From assembly GCA_947449945.1 (NCBI GenBank), contig CANFTO010000002.1, positions 1 through 55,876 on the forward strand: a DNA stretch of 55,876 bases, read 5' to 3'. The position numbers and the translations under genes were made by a program. This stretch comes from Actinomycetota bacterium (GTDB taxonomy: Bacteria > Actinomycetota > Actinomycetes > S36-B12). The notes beneath the pieces were generated by a model, which searched no databases, was not told the origin of the DNA, and saw nothing but the letters and a program-made list of their open reading frames with translations. Of the stretch, positions 44,788-51,916 are shown one piece after another. Each line of letters begins with the position of its first letter. Positions within the stretch are counted from its first letter, which is position 1.

Positions 44788-44831
44788 AAAAGATGGTCGG
44801 CACTTTCATATCAAAGTGCCGACCATCTTTT
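44788..44831. terminator. bidirectional intrinsic terminator between convergent genes
   Basis: Perfect 19-bp stem (AAAAGATGGTCGGCACTTT / AAAGTGCCGACCATCTTTT) with a 6-nt loop. The A-run and T-run flanks would let it serve both strands. Confidence 0.75.
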
Positions 44832-44837
44832 TGATAA

Positions 44838-45668
44838 TTAACTCGAGGAAGGTGCTGCCTTGAATTCCTGAGTTGCGAACGAATCATCGTCTGCAAAGCT
44901 CTTCTCACGAGCGATCTTGTAAATCAAAAGACCGAATGCGCATTTGGCTAAAATATCGGCAATTGAATATCCCACCTGGCGGTAGACGAATGAGTCCGCA
45001 CCGTCCCAGCCAAACATTGGGAACATGTATGAAATTGGATACACGCCCCATGTTGCGAGAAGTAGCCAACGAAGACCACTGAGGTCCTTGCCTACTTGGT
45101 TCGGTTGGGACTTGGCGGCACGATTGAGCTCTACGAAAAGTACGAAGAGAATGTAGAGGAACGGAATCGTTGAAAGGGCTCCCCACACGGCCTTTACGCC
45201 ATTGTCCGATGCAAGTTCACCTGGGTATCCAAGAATGATCATCAATGCAGAAGCTGGGATCAACTTCAGTAGAAGTGACTTGCGAACCTTCGGGGCCAAT
45301 GCAAGCACGGCAATGGTTTCGAAGAGCAAAAGCGGCACAGTGAGCAGCCAGTCAACGTAGCGATAGCCCTCGTTGAAGCCTGCACCATTCACGAGTGCGT
45401 ATTTCATTCCATCGGCAGATGCAGCCAGCTCACCGGCGTCGATTGAGACATAACCCTCGGTGAATGAATTGAAAATTCGGTAATAGTGGTATGCAGCAAT
45501 GAGGCAGACCATCGCTGAAACCACGAGTGCCTGACGGTACCGAGGTAATACACGGCCCTGTACAACCAATAAAAACACGAAGGTTGCCAACATTGCAGCT
45601 AACGCGAACGATAAAACGTTATAGACAGTTTGATACTGGGAATACGACAGTTCTAAAACGGAACTCAC
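44838..45668 (-). CDS. type-1 microbial rhodopsin, xanthorhodopsin/actinorhodopsin clade, outward proton pump (DTE motif)
   Basis: RYVDWLLTVPLLLFE gives D106/T110/E117 with L114. Also AAYHYYR (His61), LGYPGE, LSTIPF, LLLATWGVYPISYM and GYSIADILAKCAFGLLIY (D238, Schiff-base K242). GTG start 6 nt after GGAGG. Confidence 0.92.
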   Translation of the reverse strand: MSSVLELSYSQYQTVYNVLSFALAAMLATFVFLLVVQGRVLPRYRQALVVSAMVCLIAAYHYYRIFNSFTEGYVSIDAGELAASADGMKYALVNGAGFNEGYRYVDWLLTVPLLLFETIAVLALAPKVRKSLLLKLIPASALMIILGYPGELASDNGVKAVWGALSTIPFLYILFVLFVELNRAAKSQPNQVGKDLSGLRWLLLATWGVYPISYMFPMFGWDGADSFVYRQVGYSIADILAKCAFGLLIYKIAREKSFADDDSFATQEFKAAPSSS

Positions 45669-45788
45669 GACCGGCCTCCATTGATACTGCTGCTGTATGA
45701 ATCACGGACCACTGCCCTCGACAGCGGTAGGTGGAAGTACACACCCAAAAGCGAAGTGCCGCTCGCGAAACAATGAAATCAATAAAAT

Positions 45789-45819
45789 GGCGATTCAAGG
45801 CAAAATGTCACAAATCGCC
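45789..45819 (-). terminator. weak candidate terminator after the carrier-protein gene
   Basis: 7-bp stem GGCGATT/AATCGCC with a 17-nt loop. On the minus strand it is followed by a T-rich run (ATTTTATTGATTTCATTGTTT). Confidence 0.25.
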
Positions 45820-45854
45820 GTGTTCAATATCGAACTTGCTGACACCAAGGAGAG

Positions 45855-46133
45855 TTAGCAGCCACCAGCAACGGCAGGAATGATCGAGATTTGCGCGCCA
45901 TCGGCGGTTGGTGAGTTCAAGCTGTCAATGAAGCGCACATCGTCATCATTGATATAGATGTTGACGAAGCGACGAAGCGCACCATTGTCATCAAGTACAC
46001 GTGCGGCGATGCCTGGGAACTGTGCTTCAAGGTCGTTGATCACTTCCTGAAGGGTTGCACCAGTTGCAGTCACCTCTGCCTCGCCACCGGTGTAGGTGCG
46101 AAGAATGGTTGGGATGCGAACGGTTGCGCTCAT
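45855..46133 (-). CDS. metO: MoaD/ThiS/CysO-family sulfur-carrier protein ending in GGC (MetO-like)
   Basis: VRIPTILRTYTGG...FVNIYINDDDVRF...IIPAVAGGC. It is a close paralogue of the CysO at 55030-55302. The ATG overlaps the stop of the ThrC-like gene (ATGA). The final TGC Cys codon followed by TAA was checked on the DNA. Confidence 0.8.
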   Translation of the reverse strand: MSATVRIPTILRTYTGGEAEVTATGATLQEVINDLEAQFPGIAARVLDDNGALRRFVNIYINDDDVRFIDSLNSPTADGAQISIIPAVAGGC

Positions 46134-47413
46134 GATGTGATCTCCTTGTAAGCAGCTTCGAAATCGTCGTATGACGGTGAAACAGTGATCGTTGGTCCAG
46201 AGGTTGGTGCAACAGCGTCAAGTGTCTTGAGGCCATCACCGGTATTGAGCAGCACAACTTCAGCTGCAGGATCGATTAATCCTTCACGCAGGAGCTTGCG
46301 GTACGTGCCGACGACTACCCCGCCTGCCGTTTCGCCAAAGATGCCTTCAGTTTCAGAAAGCAACTTGATGCCTTCAATAACTTCTTCATCAGTGACGTCA
46401 GCAAGAGCACCTTGCGTGCGGCGTACGACGTCCAATGCATACGGGCCGTCTGCTGGGTTACCAATCGCAAGTGACTTCGCGATGGTGTCTGGCTTGACTG
46501 GTTTGATGAAATCTTGTCCAGCAGCAAAGGCTTGCGATACTGGTGAACAGCCTGTTGCCTGAGCACCATAAATCTTGTAATCATGATCACTCACCAGACC
46601 AAGATCAACAAACTCACGGAATGCCTTATCGACCTTGGTCAACAGCGATCCGGAAGCAACTGGTGATACCACTGCATCAGGAAGACGCCAGCCCAGTTGT
46701 TCTGCGATTTCGTAACCAACAGTCTTGCTGCCCTCCGCGTAGTAAGGGCGAAGGTTGACGTTCACAAAACCCCAGTTACGTGATGCAGCAACTTCAGTAC
46801 ACAAACGGTTGACGTCGTCGTAGTTACCGCCGATAGCAACGAGTACACCGCCATACACAGCGGTGGTCACAATCTTTCCGGCTTCAAGGTTGGAAGGAAC
46901 AAACACCACTGACTTCAAACCTGCGCGAGCAGCAGCCGCTGCCACAGCATTTGCAAGGTTGCCTGTTGAAGCACAAGCAATAGTTTCAAAGCCAAGGCGG
47001 CGTGCATTTTCTAGTGCAACGGCAACAACGCGATCCTTGAAGGAGTGCGTTGGGTTACCTGAGTCGTCTTTCACCCACACCGTTTTTGCACCAAGCGCAG
47101 CCGCGAGGTTGTCAGCCTTGACCAACTTCGTGAGCCCAGGTTGTAGGCCTGGACGATGTCCTGCACCTGGAATCACAGGAAGTAATGCTTCATAACGCCA
47201 CATTGAAAGTGGGCCAGCTTCAATTGCTTCGCGGGTGAGCCCACGAGCTTCGTAGGCCACTTCAAGTGGACCAAAGCATTCGAAGCAGGCGTAGCTGGCA
47301 TCCAATGGATACAGCGCACCGCATTCGCGACACTTCAGGGCGTGGGCAGCACCAAGTTCAGGGTTGGTACCCAAAGTTGCAGTCATATGTACGAGGCCTT
47401 CCTTCTCGCTCAT
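46130..47413 (-). CDS. metM: threonine-synthase-family PLP enzyme with an N-terminal Zn ribbon (MetM-type, predicted homocysteine synthase)
   Basis: Ribbon CRECG...CFEC and PLP-lysine motif NPTHSFKDR. It is preceded by a SAM-I riboswitch and translationally coupled to a sulfur-carrier gene. Confidence 0.75.
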   Translation of the reverse strand: MSEKEGLVHMTATLGTNPELGAAHALKCRECGALYPLDASYACFECFGPLEVAYEARGLTREAIEAGPLSMWRYEALLPVIPGAGHRPGLQPGLTKLVKADNLAAALGAKTVWVKDDSGNPTHSFKDRVVAVALENARRLGFETIACASTGNLANAVAAAAARAGLKSVVFVPSNLEAGKIVTTAVYGGVLVAIGGNYDDVNRLCTEVAASRNWGFVNVNLRPYYAEGSKTVGYEIAEQLGWRLPDAVVSPVASGSLLTKVDKAFREFVDLGLVSDHDYKIYGAQATGCSPVSQAFAAGQDFIKPVKPDTIAKSLAIGNPADGPYALDVVRRTQGALADVTDEEVIEGIKLLSETEGIFGETAGGVVVGTYRKLLREGLIDPAAEVVLLNTGDGLKTLDAVAPTSGPTITVSPSYDDFEAAYKEITS

Positions 47414-47530
47414 CTGTCCTGGTGTTACAGGTCGGAGTTGGCACCGAACTTTGATGGGCCTCGCAAGCGAGTTATCAAATAGGTTGCCGGGGCTTCAACG
47501 GGCCGTATCCCTCTGCCCCTCTGGATGAGG
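47409..47530 (-). promoter_or_regulatory. SAM-I (S-box) riboswitch, translational type
   Basis: Minus-strand RNA: CUCAUCCAGAGGGGCAGAGGGAUACGGCCCGUUGAAGCCCCGGCAACC...GGUGCCAACUCCGACCUGUAACACCAGGACAGAUGAG. It shows the S-box core strings, P2 GGGGC/GCCCC, and P1 CUCAUC/GAUGAG whose 3' strand contains the ATG. Confidence 0.85.
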
Positions 47531-47548
47531 TATTCAGTTATGAGGCAA

Positions 47549-47577
47549 ACCTTACCTGCAGGTAATGCAGGCTTCAA
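47549..47577 (-). promoter_or_regulatory. candidate sigma-70-type promoter for the riboswitch transcript
   Basis: On the minus strand: TTGAAG, a 17-nt spacer, then TAAGGT. This places the transcription start ~10-15 nt before riboswitch P1. Confidence 0.3.
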
Positions 47578-47593
47578 ATTCAGGGCTGTGAAT

Positions 47594-47860
47594 TTACTTG
47601 TGGCGCCGGGTCATGAACTTCAGACCGACCACGCTTGCCAGAACGCCAGCAGTGACAGCCGCGCGCTTTGGCCTTATCCCGCCAAATTCGTCAGTGAAGA
47701 TTCCGGTGATGGCACCTAGGCCACGCTTGCGTAAGGAAGCTGGGCTGAGCTGTTCCTTGAGATCGTCGACCGAGGCCAATAACTCAGCTCGAGCCGCGGT
47801 AATTTCCGCGACGAGTGCATCGATCTGAGGATCGTTGCCGTGTTCTGCATGTGGGGCCAC
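47594..47860 (-). CDS. DUF3618-like small protein with a C-terminal TM helix
   Basis: The N-terminal helix DPQIDALVAEITAARAELLASVDDLKEQL resembles DUF3618, and there is a C-terminal hydrophobic segment. GTG start. Confidence 0.5.
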   Translation of the reverse strand: MAPHAEHGNDPQIDALVAEITAARAELLASVDDLKEQLSPASLRKRGLGAITGIFTDEFGGIRPKRAAVTAGVLASVVGLKFMTRRHK

Positions 47861-47907
47861 CTGCTCACACTAGACGGACCCCTTGGGGGTGTGGCAAATG
47901 TGAGCAG
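47861..47907. promoter_or_regulatory. structured element abutting the DUF3618 start codon
   Basis: Perfect 9-bp inverted repeat CTGCTCACA...TGTGAGCAG. It encloses a 29-nt loop that contains its own ACCCC-TT-GGGGT hairpin. Confidence 0.3.
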
Positions 47908-47923
47908 TCAGGACTCGCGCTTT

Positions 47924-47942
47924 ATTGCAAGTCTTTTGCAAT
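47924..47942. promoter_or_regulatory. candidate metalloregulator operator upstream of the metal ABC importer
   Basis: AT-rich 7-5-7 palindrome ATTGCAA-GTCTT-TTGCAAT, ending 28 nt upstream of the SBP start codon. Confidence 0.3.
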
Positions 47943-47970
47943 TAATACCCGTTGTCATTAAAGTTCAGAT

Positions 47971-48993
47971 GTGAAATTTCACCTCCCGCAATTTGGCGCT
48001 GGCTTAGGTGCCCTTGCACTCCTCTTAAGCGGTTGTGGCTCAGATTTCGGTTCTGCCGCCACCGCGGCCAACCCCCAAACTGACGGCAAGCTCCTCGTGG
48101 CCACAACGGTTTCACCCATAACCTCCATTGCTTCAAGTATCGGCGGTAACAAGGTCGATATTGAAGGCATCGTTCCCGAGGGTACGAACAGCCATACGTA
48201 TGAACCAGCTCCTCAAGTTGCCGAGTTGCTCAGCAAGGCTGACATTGTGTTCGTGAACGGCCTCAAGCTCGAAGATCCAACTGCCGAACTCGCCAAGGCG
48301 AACATGAAATCTGGTGCGAATCTCATTGAGATTGGAACAACCGTTCTTCCAGAGTCGGAATACATCTACGACTTCTCCTTCCCAAAGGCTGAAGGTAAGC
48401 CAAATCCTCACCTGTGGACCGACCCTCTGTACGCAGCCAAGTACGCGACTGTGATTCGCGATGCCTTTATTAAGCGCGATCCAAAGCATGCTGATTACTA
48501 CTCAGAAAACTTCGTGCGCTTCGACAAGAAAGCAACGGAACTTGCCAATGCTCTTCGCAAAGATCAGGCCACTGTTCCCGCAGGAAATTTGAAGCTGCTG
48601 ACCTACCACGATGCCTACGCATACTTTGCAAAGGATTTTGGATGGAATGTGATCGGCGCAGTGCAGCCCAAGAACTTTTCAGATCCCACTCCTGCTGAAG
48701 TGGCAGCGCTGATTGAGCAAGTGAAACGTCAAAAAGTGCCAACAATTTTCGGGTCAGAGGTATTTCCATCAACGGTACTTGAAGAAATTGGTCGTGCAAC
48801 GGGCGCCAAATACGAAGCCTCACTTCGCGACGACGATCTACCAGGTAACCCAGGAGAAAAAGATCACTCCTGGTTGGGTCTGATGAAGTACGACTACATC
48901 ACCATGATCAAGGGCTTAGGCGGTACCACAAAGAACCTTGAAGCAGTATCAACTGCTACAGGGAAAACAGACTCTGCGAAGTACCCACAATGA
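47971..48993 (+). CDS. metal (Mn/Zn/Fe) ABC transporter substrate-binding lipoprotein, TroA/ZnuA cluster-9 family
   Basis: Lipobox LLLSGC, plus NPHLWTDP and LLTYHDAYAYFAKDFG. There is no His-rich Zn loop, so the metal specificity is open. Confidence 0.85.
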   Translation: MKFHLPQFGAGLGALALLLSGCGSDFGSAATAANPQTDGKLLVATTVSPITSIASSIGGNKVDIEGIVPEGTNSHTYEPAPQVAELLSKADIVFVNGLKLEDPTAELAKANMKSGANLIEIGTTVLPESEYIYDFSFPKAEGKPNPHLWTDPLYAAKYATVIRDAFIKRDPKHADYYSENFVRFDKKATELANALRKDQATVPAGNLKLLTYHDAYAYFAKDFGWNVIGAVQPKNFSDPTPAEVAALIEQVKRQKVPTIFGSEVFPSTVLEEIGRATGAKYEASLRDDDLPGNPGEKDHSWLGLMKYDYITMIKGLGGTTKNLEAVSTATGKTDSAKYPQ

Positions 48994-49775
48994 CCGGCAT
49001 CGGCGTTGGGCCCGAACTCATAGAACTCAATGACGTCACCGCTGGCTACACGCACCACCCGGTACTTTCACATGTGAACTTCCATGTTCATGAGGATCAG
49101 TTCACCGGCATTGTTGGTCCTTCAGGCGCAGGTAAAACAACACTCTTGCGCCTTTTACTTGGAACATTAAAGCCAATGAGTGGGGTCATTGAAAAGAGCA
49201 GCGACCTGCGCATCGCGTATGTCCCTCAGCTTGAAACTGTGAGTTGGAACTTCCCCATCACAGTAGAAGAATGCGTGTTGATGTCACGCAAGTCCGCGAA
49301 TCTTTTACCTTGGGCAAGCAAATCAGAAAAGCAAAGCGTTTACTCGGTACTTGATCGCCTGAGCATCTCCGATCTAGCAAAGCGCCACATTCGTGAATTG
49401 TCAGGCGGACAACAACAGCGAATGTTTTTGGCACGCGCACTCCTGCGTCAACCTCAAATCATGTTGCTCGATGAACCAACAAGCGGCGTGGACGTAGCTA
49501 CTCGACATGACGTTCTCCATTTACTTGCGGACCTTCACGAAGAAGGCATCGCGATCGTGCTGACCACCCATGACCTCAATGGCATTGCTGCACATCTACC
49601 CCACCTAGTGTGCGTGAAACAAAGAATCGTCGCATCAGGTTCCCCTGCTGATGTCATGAACCCGGAAGTTCTCGAACAGACTTTCGGTGCCCGCATGGAG
49701 GTTCTCGAACACTTAGGCATGCGCATTGTTGTTGATGAAGCTCCGCATGGCGGCTCTATGCGAAGTGCGGGCTGA
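48990..49775 (+). CDS. metal ABC transporter ATP-binding protein
   Basis: Walker A GPSGAGKTT, signature LSGGQQQR and Walker B MLLDEPT. There is a 4-nt overlap with the SBP gene. Confidence 0.9.
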   Translation: MTGIGVGPELIELNDVTAGYTHHPVLSHVNFHVHEDQFTGIVGPSGAGKTTLLRLLLGTLKPMSGVIEKSSDLRIAYVPQLETVSWNFPITVEECVLMSRKSANLLPWASKSEKQSVYSVLDRLSISDLAKRHIRELSGGQQQRMFLARALLRQPQIMLLDEPTSGVDVATRHDVLHLLADLHEEGIAIVLTTHDLNGIAAHLPHLVCVKQRIVASGSPADVMNPEVLEQTFGARMEVLEHLGMRIVVDEAPHGGSMRSAG

Positions 49776-49776
49776 C

Positions 49777-50655
49777 ATGGAAACCTTGCTCGAACCACTG
49801 CAGTACGCCTTTTTTCAAAAAGGATTGTTTGTCGCGACACTCTCCGGCGCGCTCCTCGGATTCATTGGCGTTTTCATCGTGTTGCGTGGAATGAGCTATA
49901 TCGGCCACGGACTTTCACACTCGATATTTGGCGGCTTCGCTGCGGCCCAACTCTTTGCTTCGAGCTTCTACATTCTTGGAGCCGGCATCTGGGGTATCGC
50001 CTCAGCACTTGCCATTACTTCAGTAACCAAGCGCAGCAGACTTGGTGCCGATGCTGCGATTGGTGTTATCACCACTGCTTCGTTTGCTCTTGGAGTTGCC
50101 CTTTTTGCCAAATTCGGAACCAGCGGACCGTCTTTTGAAAATGCTCTCTTTGGCAGCATTCTTGGTATCAGTGCTGAGCAAATCATTGGCTTGATCGCGG
50201 TGTCTGTGCTCACCGGAGCATTTGTGTTCTTTCGTTATCGCGCACTGTTGTTCAGTACTTTCGATCCAGATGTAGCTGACGTTTCAGGCATCAAGGTTTC
50301 CAGAATTGAAGCCATGCTCATGATCGTGTTGTCGCTTTCTATCTTGGCCACACTCACCGTCATCGGCGTGACTCTGGTCGCAGCTATGTTGGTGATTCCT
50401 GCCGTGATTGCCCGCATGTTGACTGATTCATTCGGACGTATGCTGAGTTACAGCACGATCATTGGCGCTTTTAGCGGTCTGGTGGGTATGTATCTGAGCT
50501 ACTACGCAGGCGTTCCATCGGGAACGATGATTGTGCTCGTTGGAGCAGCGCTGTTCTTGATTGTGCTTGCCATCACCGGCACTCGCGGACTACGCAGATC
50601 TGCAGGGTTAGATTCACATACCGATGCTTCGGCACTTGCACCACTTTCTCGCTAA
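49777..50655 (+). CDS. metal ABC transporter permease (ABC-3 family)
   Basis: The ATG at 49777 lies 1 nt after the ATPase stop. The protein has 8-9 TM helices. The ORF-track start at 49726 lies inside the ATPase gene. Confidence 0.85.
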   Translation: METLLEPLQYAFFQKGLFVATLSGALLGFIGVFIVLRGMSYIGHGLSHSIFGGFAAAQLFASSFYILGAGIWGIASALAITSVTKRSRLGADAAIGVITTASFALGVALFAKFGTSGPSFENALFGSILGISAEQIIGLIAVSVLTGAFVFFRYRALLFSTFDPDVADVSGIKVSRIEAMLMIVLSLSILATLTVIGVTLVAAMLVIPAVIARMLTDSFGRMLSYSTIIGAFSGLVGMYLSYYAGVPSGTMIVLVGAALFLIVLAITGTRGLRRSAGLDSHTDASALAPLSR

Positions 50656-50685
50656 TCAAACACTCATACGGTTTAGAGTGCTCCC

Positions 50686-51150
50686 ATGGCACTTGCACCC
50701 AAAGACACCGCTCCAGCGTTCGCCCTAAAAAACGATGCTGGTGAGACAGTTCGGCTTTCCCAATTCAAGGGCAAGCGGGTCATCCTGTATTTCTATCCCG
50801 CTGCGATGACACCTGGATGCACGAAGCAAGCCTGCGATTTCACCGATAACTTCAAACTATTCAGCAAGCTTGATTACGTCGTGATTGGCATTTCGCCAGA
50901 TAAGCCAGAGAAACTTGCCAAGTTCCGTGAACGCGATGATCTCAACATCATCTTATTGTCCGATCCAGAAAAGGAAGTCCTGACGAAATACGGAGCTTTC
51001 GGCGAAAAGAAGCTCTACGGCAAGACCGTGGTCGGCGTTATCCGCTCAACCTTCGTTATCAGCCCATCCGGCAAGATTGAAACGGCTCTGTACAACGTAA
51101 AAGCCACTGGACATGTGGCAAAACTGATCCGCGATCTCGAACTCGGATAG
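50686..51150 (+). CDS. bcp: thioredoxin-dependent thiol peroxidase (peroxiredoxin Bcp)
   Basis: FYPAAMTPGCTKQACDF contains the peroxidatic and resolving Cys motif. Confidence 0.9.
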   Translation: MALAPKDTAPAFALKNDAGETVRLSQFKGKRVILYFYPAAMTPGCTKQACDFTDNFKLFSKLDYVVIGISPDKPEKLAKFRERDDLNIILLSDPEKEVLTKYGAFGEKKLYGKTVVGVIRSTFVISPSGKIETALYNVKATGHVAKLIRDLELG

Positions 51151-51178
51151 CACGCCGTAAGATTCATCTGCACTCCTC

Positions 51179-51263
51179 GCGGGAGTGGTGGAATTGGCAG
51201 ACACGCAGGTCTTAGGAACCTGTGTCTTCGGACGTAGGGGTTCAAGTCCCCTCTCCCGCACCA
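51179..51263 (+). tRNA. tRNA-Leu (anticodon TAG), long variable arm, encoded CCA
   Basis: Acceptor GCGGGAG/CTCCCGC; anticodon stem CAGGT/ACCTG with loop CTTAGGA; variable arm TGTCTTCGGACG; T arm GGGG-TTCAAGT-CCCC; ACCA end. Confidence 0.95.
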
Positions 51264-51267
51264 AGCA

Positions 51268-51903
51268 CTAGGGCAATGGCTCTAGTGCTTTTTTGGCTTC
51301 TGGAATCAATTGCGCAATAACCGGAGCAAGCGCCTGGAGCGCGCGACCACGATGACTGATCGCATCTTTCTCATCGTCTGACATTTGCGCCGTTGTTACT
51401 TGATACCCAAGCGGCATGAAAATTGGGTCATAACCAAACCCATTCGAACCTCGAGGCTCAGTAATGACCACTCCATCAAGTGTTCCTTCGACAACCCGCT
51501 CATCACCCTCTGGTGTCACGATCGCAGCCGCGCAATGGAAAGCGGCACCTCGACGGTTAGCCGGAACATGATCGAGTTGCGCAATAAGCAATGCAAGATT
51601 TGCAGCATCAGCACCGTGCGTGCCAGCCCAGCGTGCCGAATAAATTCCGGGCATTCCGTTTAACGCATCGACAGCAATCCCGGAGTCATCTGCGATTGCC
51701 GGCAATCCAGTAAACGCGCAAATCTCACGCGCCTTCAGCAGTGCATTAGCAGCAAACGAACTTCCGGTCTCATCCACATCTGGAAGGTCAGGGAATTCCT
51801 GAGTGCCAACAAGATCGATATCGAGTCCAACTTGCTCAAGAATGCGACGCAACTCGATGAGCTTGTGTGCATTCTTACTTGCTAAAACCATACGAACTGT
51901 CAT
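51268..51903 (-). CDS. rdgB: dITP/XTP pyrophosphatase (RdgB/HAM1)
   Basis: Strings MVLASKNAHKLIEL, DDSGIAVDALNGMPGIYSARW and GFGYDPIF. Confidence 0.9.
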   Translation of the reverse strand: MTVRMVLASKNAHKLIELRRILEQVGLDIDLVGTQEFPDLPDVDETGSSFAANALLKAREICAFTGLPAIADDSGIAVDALNGMPGIYSARWAGTHGADAANLALLIAQLDHVPANRRGAAFHCAAAIVTPEGDERVVEGTLDGVVITEPRGSNGFGYDPIFMPLGYQVTTAQMSDDEKDAISHRGRALQALAPVIAQLIPEAKKALEPLP

Positions 51904-51916
51904 GACTTCGTCCGAT

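Noticed and set aside
44838-45668. The rhodopsin being a heliorhodopsin, a sensory rhodopsin, or a Cl-/Na+ pump.
   Set aside because: The helix C motif is DTE, not NTQ or NDQ. The sequence follows xanthorhodopsin-type strings throughout (YRYVDWLLTVPLL, LGYPGE, LLLATWG). No transducer gene is adjacent.
45806-45844. The inverted repeat TGTCA-N29-TGACA, with an inner near-palindrome TTCAATATCGAA, between the carrier gene and the rhodopsin, considered as a possible light or redox regulator site.
   Set aside because: The arms are only 5 bp and the spacer is long. It lies just downstream of the metO stop and ~140 nt upstream of the rhodopsin start. This is too weak to call without comparative data.
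46130-47413. The ThrC-family gene being the housekeeping threonine synthase.
   Set aside because: It is under a SAM riboswitch and translationally coupled to a sulfur carrier, and it is not in a hom-thrC-thrB context. I cannot fully exclude this without seeing the rest of the genome.
47409-47530. Classifying the leader as SAM-IV, the class often found in Actinomycetales, rather than SAM-I.
   Set aside because: It has the SAM-I arrangement: a P2 kink-turn region (GGGGCAGAGGGA...GUUGAAGCCCC), GGCAACC, a P3 hairpin, GGUGCCAACUCC and a P4 hairpin before the P1 3' strand. A covariance-model run should confirm the class.
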